Of a stretch of 64,000 nt of DNA, positions 53,901-64,000 are shown one piece after another. The DNA lies in contig OZ320321.1 of assembly GCA_976226885.1 (NCBI GenBank), forward strand, positions 55,862,001 to 55,926,000, in the 5' to 3' direction. This DNA is from Iphione sp. A-MEVVRFRX5. Taxonomy: Eukaryota. The translations under genes were made by a program, and so were the position numbers. The notes under the pieces were generated by a model that did not search any database, was not told the DNA's origin, and worked only from the letters and a program-made list of their open reading frames with translations. Every line of letters begins with the position of its first letter. Position 1 is the first letter of the stretch.

Positions 53901-54639
53901 TGTCAGCAGGCTCTGCGAATCAGCCACACGGAAATGATGACAGGGGAGCTCGGGGGGGTTTTGGTACGGGTAGGAGAACATCAAAACTGGCGTCATTTAA
54001 TGCAGGAGTACCAGATTGGCCGCGCCGCTGATAACAAAGGCAGTTTATCCACTGCCTATCTCTGGCTCGAGCCGCTTCGGATCAGTGGTTAGACCACGGG
54101 TCGAGATTGCTGCTACCTCTAGTGTAGAATAGCGGTGCTCTCCTGCAGGACATTTACCAAAAAAAGGTGCATAGCATAAAGGTAAAAGCGTTTGCGAGAG
54201 ACATTTCCTGCATCCATAAAAGGACTTTTAAAATGTACGTTTATATTATCATCATTATTATGTTTCCCATATATAATGTTTGCTGGATTGGCGCTGGTTA
54301 AGACAGATATGTTATACACTGTTTCCGTGTTCTTAATAGACCTGTCTCGTATATTTTCCCCCTTATTTATCGTGTTATCATAAAATAATAAGCGACAGGA
54401 GAGAGAGGATTTTGCATTTGGACCATGGGTAAATACTTTTTGATAATAAGTAGGGAGGCCTGTCTATTGCAAAAACACCAAAAGACATGATGACAATAGA
54501 CAATGGACAGTTATGTTGTGGAGTAAATTATTTTAACATTTACTGTTAACTTAATGAATACATTTTCATTTTATCATTTAGTAAGCTACTTTGATACATG
54601 TATAGATATACCTATGTACATGTATATGCAGAGTATATG

Positions 54640-54986
54640 TAAGGCCCCCCACAAATAGGTGTGTTTCTGGTCACTCACTCCTACCTAGTAAAACCTCACC
54701 CTACCTAAAACTTTTCTGTCCCAAAGAATTTCCAAGGCTGAATTTCCTTAGATATATGTTTTCACAGCACATGTGTTTGGTAAATTCAATGGAAAAGCAA
54801 AAGAATCCATGGAAATTCAGCCAAGAACTGTAAAACTCATGCAAATTTGTTAAGATTCTTCATATTATCTTTATTATTATTGAAAACCAGAGGAGGAAAG
54901 TAGAAAAAAATTATCCCCCCTTCCCTACCTAGGTTTTGGCTGGTTGTTACCAGAAACAAACCTATTTTTTTGGGGGGGGGCGGCTA
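54640..54986. mobile_element. MITE-like non-autonomous DNA transposon (~345 bp) with imperfect terminal inverted repeats
   Basis: aaataggtgtgtttctggt (54653-54671) is an 18/19 inverted match to accagaaacaaacctattt (54949-54967). The match extends outward into a C-run (54645-54650) and G-run (54972-54980). TA dinucleotides at 54640-41 and 54985-86 are possible target-site duplications. The interior is AT-rich and non-coding, with three cctacct motifs. Confidence 0.65.
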
Positions 54987-55604
54987 AGGGTTAGTATCAA
55001 GCTTCGTTGTATGCAGACTATTCATAATATACAATTTAACATATCTTAAGCAGGTTTGAACTCCTTTCACCAGTACCATCCGAAGGATAGTCATGGATAG
55101 CCATTGAGAGACTGCATTTTGTACATCAACGAAGGCCAATATTTAATGGCGTGCTGCCTTCTGTATGGCAGAACCAATTACAGCTGACAACTCTGATGAG
55201 ATACCATGTTACATACCACTCTGGGTTATACACCGGTGAATACCCATTCGCTGGTTAGCATAAAGCCACAATCAGGGCACTAGCCCATAATAAATATACG
55301 TGTACAAGTATGCACGTAATACACATAGGAAATGTACAGAAGAAAGGGGTAAACAAGGACTCTTTGTGTTACTATAACAATGTGGATAAATGACATTGAC
55401 AACCACACCCCCTTGCGGTTTCACTGAAAGAAAAAAAATATACAACTGGGCACACGTACTCCGTCAACCATGCCTAATTCCGTGTTTTATATGCTTTAAT
55501 CTTGGGGCGATTATAACAATTAATGTTTTAAAGTACGAATATACCTTTCATACACGATGCTCTCAGTAGCCAATTACACACATAATACGTGACAACTGTG
55601 GCAT

Positions 55605-55664
<60 letters not shown>
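55605..55664 (+). repeat. (TC)30 microsatellite with one interruption
   Basis: 60 bp of TC repeats with a single TA. Confidence 0.92.
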
Positions 55665-55668
<4 letters not shown>

Positions 55669-55961
55669 AGATGTAGTTGACCAGCTGCCATGCGGTGAAA
55701 CTGTTTGCATTTTCCTTATCCGACGGGCTTCATAGAAACATGCAGCCTGGGCTGCTCTGGTAAATTTCACGTTGGCCCAAGGCGATCGATCCGTCTGCGG
55801 CTTTACGAAGCCTCCTGTGGTCGCACGCGCCCCTTACATGTTTGGGGGCGTGGGAGCGACGCGTGCAGGCCCAAATCTGCCGCCCCGGGTCCAGGCAAGG
55901 GTCGAGGCTCAAGCGCTTGGTCGATGGCGTTGGCAGACGTAGGACCAAGTGGTGGAGTGGT

Positions 55962-56009
55962 GGGCGAGGGAGGGAGGCTGGGTGGGTGGGTGGGTGGGTG
56001 GGGGGGTGG
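55962..56009 (+). repeat. (GGGT)n G-run repeat, G-quadruplex-capable
   Basis: gggcgagggagggaggctgggtgggtgggtgggtgggtgggggggtgg: more than 4 G3+ runs with short loops. Confidence 0.75.
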
Positions 56010-58679
56010 ACTCCGTTGGGGGAGGTTGCGCCAACCTCTTCCTCTTTCTCCCCCTTTATTCCCTCATGTGTGCATGTCTATCGCCAACCCTGTAGTCAAA
56101 CCATGTCCGCAGAACACCGGTCCATCCAACCGCGCATTTGGCATGAGCCACCATCTCCCACCAGTGTGCCACGGAGGGACGGGGGGGGGGGGGGTTGGCC
56201 ATACGGCGGTCAGCAGTCGAACCAGACGTCCAGTTGGCTGGGTTCCCCCTAAGAGATCGACTCATACCAAATCATTAAGCATGGCCCTCAAACGGCGGAC
56301 GTCACCACGACCAATGCGGTAACCATGAGTACTATCGCCATCGTCGTTGCCTTTGAATACACCATTACTATAATGACAACCGGTAGAGGTACATGTTATG
56401 CACGTTACTGGATGAATGTCTCATGCAACAAATATTAATGACTACAAGAGCTCTCTGAATATTTTACATGATTTGAAGTAAATTGGCCTATTACCCACTA
56501 AAGGTCACCAGGTCGTCAAGCCATTACTGTCTACGATGTTTCCCGTTTCTCTAGGAAGACATATCCTTCTACAAGCAATATAATATCATGACGTTTTTGA
56601 CGTGTGCGATGGTTCTACCGTTTTTACACGAAAAAGACACTTTTATCATCATTGAGACTCAATTCCGTTCATGGTTAGGAGCTATTTTTAGAATGAAACC
56701 CCTATGTAAGGTACTTCATATGCGAGCCACGGAGCTTCCCCGAGTGTTTGGTTCTCGTATGGAGGGTGCTGGACATACCGTGTATATACGGAAAGGGGGA
56801 GGCCAGTGGATGTGTGGGACAGCAGCGAGAGGATGTAATGCATATCAAATAGTCCACAGCAAAAGTGCCTACCATCATGCGAGCATAAAGCTACGCAGCT
56901 GAGGCGACGCTTCAAACGATAGAACACCTCCCTAGGGGTATCAGCAATCAAAAAGAGGATTTCTCCCCCACTCCGCGCCTGTAGGTGGATTGATCAATTT
57001 GCGTACGTTACAGTCCGTCATTTTGCCGCCTCGATTTTATCGAGGCAAACTGAGCATTTGAAATCTGAATCGCGGTTCATTTGTCGAAGTCGCCTCACGG
57101 ATGTGTCGTAGGGAGCCGGGAGAACTGATACGCCTCGTTCTATAGACAACAAATGGTGGGGGGGGGGGGGCTCCCTAACTGCAGCATACCTCATGTTTCT
57201 ATTTAAAATGGATAGTCGTGCCACCGCCCGACGGAGGCAGATCTATTAGTGGAAGCTACAGAAATGTAATCAGCATCACATTGCTGACCGGCCTGGGTGT
57301 CTCGCAGGCTCTTGCTGGCCCGCTCAGGCTTTAAATCCGCGTTAAGGCGATTGGCTGTTCACGTAATGTCAGCCAGAGAAATGACTAACGAGCACTGGAA
57401 CGGTCGGATAAACAAGGACACTTTTGTACGTAAGACAAAGCCAATATACCGAAGGCCAATAATCGCTAAAAACACAGCGGAGAAATTAAAGACATCATCC
57501 GCAGCTTTCGCTCTCTTCAAAGAGTGAGAAATAAGCGGTTACTTTCCTGCTGCTGCTTTCCAATGCCTTCGCATGGAGCTGTAGAGATGTCAGTCGATTG
57601 AACTATTGTTGATGTGCGTGTAATGATAATGCGATCAGTCTACGAGGAATGGCGACACTTTAGGTGTGAGAAAAGAAACCTAAAGCGATGCCAAACGTCT
57701 CCCAATCGCCTCCACTAAGTGGCTGAAATTGCTTCGCACAAATCAGACGGCGGAGGAGGTTCGGTGGAGAGTGGTGATGGATCTCCTCCTTTCACACCGA
57801 CGCCATTTAACTCGATAATCATTCACTGAGATTGATGGTCGTCGTATCGAATTATATCACAATACGTCTGCTAGCATTTTTTCGCCACTCGCGGTTACAT
57901 CCTAGTTAAATCTATTGTTAAACCATGTACATAAATAACGCTAATACGAGAGAACGCGATACAGCCCCACCGTGGCAAAGAAAGAATCATAATTTCGAGT
58001 AATACAAATGATCGCGAAAATGGAGGAATAGTACATTGTAGGGCCGTAACCTATACTCGAATCAGTGCGACTTGAAAATAAACGCAAATTAGGTTCGAGC
58101 AATTAGCTCGACCTTTAGACTGTCACTTGTCCTTCAGCGAGCTGTCATGCGCAGTGGATCGATAGCCCAGCCACTCTGCTGCATCGTACATATATAATCG
58201 AAGACGAAGTATACACAAGAGTCATACAAGTATTTACTCAGTCCCACACAGGAAACAAAAGATTTGTACGTATTTGCATGATGGTTTACGAGTGAGGTTG
58301 AACATGCTATTCTTATGATATTTTTACCTGTATTTCTCCCATTGCCTCTACTGCAACTAACACAGCACTTTGAGTCACTCAGTATTATTTACGTTATTAC
58401 AGGAACTCATTTTTGGGTGGGTTACTTATCTATTTGGGAAAAGCTACATACTGAGACGACCATACTGAGAAACATAAAAATCCAGTCAGATACTACACAT
58501 GTGCATTTTCACCGAAGGAAAAACTCCTAACATAACACTTATCGTTGGCAAAGGAGATTAAAGTACGGAATACCCGGTTAGTCCTTTTTTTCTCTGTTTG
58601 AGTGCAATATTCAAAGACGGCGTGAAGATAATTTACAGACTTGTGTAGGGGGGGACCTAGGTGACTGATCTTACCGTGT

Positions 58680-61260
58680 TTATTCGCGTAATCCATGCCT
58701 CCTGCGCCGCCCATGCTGTACGCTGTCAACCACAGCGGCATGAGGACAAACGCGTGCAGGCCATGGTATGTCATGGCTCCAAGCTGCATGGCTGGCCGAA
58801 CCTCTGGGACGAAGGAACAACTCGCTCTCTTGTCGCCGTCTCTGACGTCGTCGTCGTCGTCGTCGTCGTCGCTGTCGCCGCCGCCGCCGCCGCCCTCGCT
58901 GTTGACGCTGACGGTCGCTTCTCAGTCCACCAGGCGGGGCATTCTCCTCTCCGCCAAGGGTAGGCTACCCGCCGAGAGAAGCGGAGGGTCATCTAAGCTA
59001 CAGTTGTCATGTCATTTAAGACATCGACTCCAGTTTCACGTCCTCTATTGCCTTTCTATTCAGCAGTAGCTTGACAGACATCTACACTTGGCGTTTCGAT
59101 GTAGACATCTCCATCTAAATCCCCAAACAGCTCCGACAACTCTGCAACGCGCCCGTGCACCTTCTCTCTTCTCGCCACTGGTGCCTACTGTGGAAAAATG
59201 GTTTTTCTTGGCAGGATTCACCTCCGCGGGGGTCTCTCCCTACCACAGGGGTAGTGCAAATAACACTCAGAGATGCAACCGGCTCTCTTACTGCCGCTGC
59301 TGCTTTTACTGACTGACGATGTAGATAATTCCTGCACCGAAAGCTCTCATCAGAGGGAACGAGTACAATGAGATGGAGGAGGAGGAGTGGGCGGCCGACA
59401 GGTGAGGAAAATCTCGATGGCCACCTACAAAGTAATGATAATGGTGATAAGCACTTACGAGAGTCTCAGAGAAGCCTTAGTCCTGAGATACCTTATCACC
59501 GCCACTGCCGTTACCACTGTCGTTCCAGTGAGTCGAGTCCACCTCTTGCCTGCTGCCACGGCTACTCCTGAGCAGCTACCTCTGACAGGCGGCCGTGGAC
59601 ATTAATGATTCTCGGGAGAGTGAGGAGCTCTCCAGGGTCGGAGGGGTGATGTGGTCGGGCGTCGGGAGGCACTGCCGCTGCTGTCGCCGCCGCCGCCGCC
59701 ACCGCTGCCGCCACTGTCTGTGTCTCCCGCCTCCGCTAGCACCAGCACCACCGACGCCGTCACCGCCACTGCCACCACCGCTGAGGCTGGGAAGCCACCC
59801 GCCGCCAGCGCCAACGACAATGACGCCGACGAGAAGAGCGGACACTTGCCTCTTCAGTTCGCCTCTTCCGGATCGGGCCTCAGCCTGATACAGAGAGTGG
59901 CCAACGCCAAGTTCCTGCCCATTGGTGTGTACATTGGTTGGTCCTTGGCACAAACTGGGACAGGCGCCCAGGCTACTCGGTTAGCACATCTGGTTCAGTA
60001 GAGAACAAAACCTCGGGAGAGGAGGAGCCCGTCGACTTTTCAAGCTGACAAAACGTCTGAGTAGTCGCGTCCTCCCATCTAAGCTGCTACTGCGCCAGTG
60101 TCTCTGCTTGTCTCCTCCACTCCCTTTCAGGCGCACTCTGTCTCACATCGAACAGCCGGAGGAGGAGGAGGAGGAGCAGCCCTCGTCCCTGATGCTGCAC
60201 CTCTCTCCCCAATGTATCTGCTGCTGGCGCCGCTGTAGTCGCTGCTGCCGCTTGCTGCCGCTAAAGGCGCGGACACTCGATGTCTCAGAAAGTCCACCGG
60301 TCCGGCAGCTAACCTTGCAATTGTCGGGCTAATTTGCTGTCGATCAGAATCAAGTTAGTGATCTGGCCTTGTCGTGGGCTGACCGGGCGGAGGAGGCGGA
60401 GGTGGAGCTGTAGGAGGAGGTGGATGTTTCTTGAAGTAGTGGGTGGAGTTGGCTGTGTAGGAGTAGAGGAGGGAGGAGACTTAATAGGGAGGAGGCCTGT
60501 GGGTGGCTGAGATGGTGATGGTGGTGGTGGTGGGGGATCTAGCACCGACTGACGTTTTCAGTGATAAGATCCGAGAGGTGGTTTTGGGCACGAGCACGTC
60601 GCAGTTCTTTGGCCGGTCAAACTCGATCGTCTTCTGCAGAACCGAATCTGGATGTGTGTCCTGTTGGCCTTGAAGTCTAGTTGAAATGTCCGCTCGTTTA
60701 ACTTGGCTGCTCGGCAATGGCCAGGGCCCATCCCTCGTCGTCGCACAGCATTCGTCCCCGTCGAGCTAGTCTAGTAGCACTGGCCACCGAAGAACTAGTA
60801 GTAACGAACTTGGCCGTTTAGCGGCGGTAGTCGTGCTTGCCATGCACCACTCCCATTTACTGACTGAGTGCTACGGTCGATGAGCGCCGGCTGCACCACG
60901 TCTCTCTGACCGGAGCCACTGACTGCGGCGTTTGCCTCATGGACGCCTGCTGGTCTTGGGACACATTGCGGCACTCATAGACATAACTATACTGGCAGCA
61001 CACACCTCTCCAGCGGCTTGATGTGCTATTTCGTCCACAGAACAGGCAGTGCCTGCCATCAGAGGTACAACGAGGGCTGGGAGTTCGCAAAAAAAAGGTG
61101 GCAGGAGGAGGAGAAGGAGGAGGAGGAGGTAGGGGGCAGCAATACAGCAGTTGTGGCGGGAGGTCTAGTTAAAATCTACCACAAGCGGGCGCCTGTAGCA
61201 AACATTTATGACCTGGGTATCAGCAGTGCGAGTCCGTGCACGTAGAGCAGCTAGAAATAG
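58680..61260. promoter_or_regulatory. ~2.6-kb GC-rich island saturated with trinucleotide repeats (candidate CpG island / UTR / low-complexity exon cluster)
   Basis: Contains (CGT)n, (GCC)n, (GGA)n, (GCT)n and (GGT)n runs. All six frames are broken into low-complexity ORFs of about 125 aa or less. Confidence 0.35.
58846..58894 (+). repeat. Compound trinucleotide repeat (CGT)8...(GCC)6
   Basis: cgtcgtcgtcgtcgtcgtcgtcgtcgctgtcgccgccgccgccgccgccc. Confidence 0.9.
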
Positions 61261-64000
61261 CGGTTTAGGGAAATTGTACTAACGACGCGAAGAACGTGTA
61301 GCGCACTGTTTTGGAAGCAAAGGTTCTGCATTAAGTTTCATCGGGTCGTTTGATTTCGAGTGTCAAAGCATGCCAAGTCAGATCGGATGGCGATGATTGA
61401 GCATTATCCGTTAGTTACGATTGATGGAATGTGGGTCTACGCGTCATCGTATGGAGTGCTGTTGGCAACAGCCATATCGAGATATTGGTTTGCCGTGATT
61501 GCCAGGCAAACAGACCGGCCACGTAGGCCAAGAGCCTGAAAGACTGGCCTGGGTGCTTTATTCTCTCCAACTGCTGGGGTGTCATACTGCAAATCCCAGT
61601 TGGCCCGTTCTTCAGTTTTGATAAACCTGTATCTAAACGCACACAGATAAGTGTTGCGTGTGAATATTCATGGCAGGCAGGTACGACAACAACCGTAAAA
61701 TATTCCACTGTGGTAGCTCTGGTGACTAATGCATGTGAGTTGCATAGATATCCAGATATTTCTTTTACAGATTAATGTATTACGGACAGGCACATTAGAA
61801 AAGCAGGACCATCCAGCAAAGAAGCACCGAAATATGCTTCGACTTACAATACACCTCCTGCAAAACAGTATCTAAGGTAGCCGTAGGTGTGCTGCACATT
61901 TTAAAAAGAAACTGAGCGTGAAATATTATCATCATCCCCCTCTACATCCATGACTGAAGCTTTCAGAGGTGAATATTTCCATGAAACGAGCCCAACGTGT
62001 TGGTTAGAATGGTGCATTTCTCACCCTAGCCAATCTTGATTGCCTTATCGATCTACTAAATGGGCTGACTTATTAATGTGCGCACAAAGGTTATTATAGA
62101 TTATTGGACAATATGTTAATTTACCTGACACCATATTCTCAGTATCCTACTCCTAGTTCTAACATGAAGGTCTATGCAAGATCTAAGGTTACTGATGATA
62201 TAGAAACATGTCTTTTTGCTTCATTTCACTTTGCCTTAGTATTTCTCGTTTATGATTGTATTCAACGAATTTAAGTCTTTCATAGCAGAGAGAAGATATA
62301 CATATTCAGTATATAAGCTAGTTATCAAATGATGGTTGTTTTAGGATGATTCAGTGTTACGTTCTTAATGTAAATGGCCTACGTTGAGATTTATTTACAG
62401 GGAAGCTTAAGTTATTTTAATATTTGCATACTATATATATGTACATGTATAATTTTACAGATCAATATATTTGATCTACTCTTAAACGTAACTGGCTGTA
62501 CACTCAACAAGTACTACGCTTTGTCTCGCGCAATATCGCAACTCACAGGAGAGATTTGAAACGGTCCACTTTGTGTCTTGCATGAAGTTGAGCCTTATTG
62601 TCCTCTTCAAAGATTAAAGAACAAAAGGCCTTTTTATTACGTGGAGATCATGTTACAATGAAGCCCTTATTCAGTGTATTACTAGTCGTGTCCTCTAGGA
62701 GTGGACTTTTTCTAGCAACATGTGACATCTTCAAAGAGATGTCTGCATCTTTATTTATACGCGTGGCCGCGGGGGGATCTTATTCATTTGGGCAGTGCCG
62801 TATGTGATGTAGTACGACTGGACATAATGTACGTTTTTGGGTGAAGCATTTGGAAAGAAAAAGTGGATGTTGGGCTGTGATAGAAACAAATCACATGATG
62901 AATAAACAATATTTCCATGCCGTTTTCAACATCCACGATTGCTCATTTGATCCCGCATGAGGTGTCCAAGCTTTAAACAATGACCCCGCCTCGCCCCGAA
63001 CTATAGACCACAAGGAACTGAAATCTATTACTTTCTTGAATCAAAATAATATATTCGGTATTCGCTTGCCACATATAGCCGCTTGTCGCTAAAGCCTGCA
63101 CGGCGGTAGGCTTGGCTTATCTTCCATTAGAACATAGCTACAGGCCTTGTAGGGAGAGCTATGCTGATGAAGTCGGCCGTCCTTTTCGCGCAGCTCGCGT
63201 TTCCTTTGATGCTGCCGTGAATGGGACATCTGAGACAAGGTGGCCCCCAGTGCGATGCTCTCTCGAAGATCTCTCACGGATGCAGCCGCGCCGGCCAGGA
63301 GTGATCACAAGGGGGCGCGGCGAGGAGGCGGCGGGGAGTGGATTTTTAGTTTATGCGACGGGAGAAAAGCGATAGGAAAGTGTAGAGAATTGGGTGCACA
63401 GAGAGCGTTCTTGAATCTGCTATCTTCTCAGCACCAATTAAAGTCGTTCCTGGATTTTAGCAAGAGCCCTTTCTCGGTTCCCTAGCCCCCCCCCCCGCTT
63501 GGGCATTCGTACGGGCGCTATTACAGTGGTAGGAGATCCGAAGGGATAGTCAACTTAAGACGCATCTCTTAATGTAATTAGACCTAGAGCCCATCACCAT
63601 CAACCACCCACTCCGACCTTCCCCAAATCATGCAAACCAACCGCCTGACACTGCAGCAGCAGCAGCAGCAGCCCTCCTCCATCCCTAGGCCAGACTCCCC
63701 CATATAAGCTCGTCCTCTCTGGCTGGGCACTGCGCTGGCCAGTTGCCTGCCATTCAATATCCACCCATAAAGGCAGTGGGTCTCTCACAAAGCTAGGCTG
63801 TCGCCATTCTCCTCCGTTTCGGTTATTACAATATTCCACGCATCACCAGATTGGACAGAGCGAGTCGTTCGATGTTGGTCCTAGGCGGAAAGAAAGGCCA
63901 ACCCTGGAAATATCCCTCACGTTACCAAAACGTCTGTGGCATTGAAGGATCTGAACATTATTACGGTTCTGAAAAATCGATGGCCCTTCCAGAAATGCAT

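Noticed and set aside
55705-56322. Longest ORF in the window (205 aa)
   Set aside because: It starts at TTG, runs through (GGGT)n and G-run repeats, and overlaps similar ORFs in other frames, as expected for a GC-rich chance ORF.
61415-61708. Minus-strand protein-like frames (97-aa ORF and an overlapping ~62-aa frame)
   Set aside because: No identifiable domain and no convincing splice-site pair.
1-64000. Prokaryotic features (operons, CRISPR arrays, IS elements), rRNA/tRNA genes, homeobox exons
   Set aside because: None were seen. There are no long ORFs, regularly spaced repeat-spacer units, tRNA-like box motifs or WFQNRR-type coding segments.

Overview
Eukaryotic (metazoan) genomic DNA, by eye about 42-45% GC. 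It alternates AT-rich spacers with CpG-retaining GC-rich blocks and carries many microsatellites, G/C runs and an over-represented TACATGTA octamer. The overall texture most resembles a cephalochordate (Branchiostoma-like) or a similar marine invertebrate; this is inferred from pattern recognition, not a database match. I could not identify any protein-coding exon, RNA gene, CRISPR array or prokaryotic feature with confidence, and the listed ORFs look like chance ORFs. The window therefore looks like a very large intron or gene desert of a regulatory landscape. The best-supported signal is a pair of minus-strand modules about 32 kb apart (junctions 2793/2792 and 34702/34701). Each has the same architecture: ATTCAT branch-like motif with its A at -29, then a pyrimidine tract, then CAG|GTRAGTTT, then a short frameshifting cryptic exon (74 and 46 nt), then a perfect GTAAGT. 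This is the architecture of recursive-splicing ratchet points with RS-exons, and it suggests a giant minus-strand intron removed stepwise. Also present are one MITE-like element (about 54.64-54.99 kb), a decayed FEE(I/V)DK-type repeat, a trinucleotide-repeat-rich GC island (58.7-61.3 kb) and several candidate regulatory motifs.
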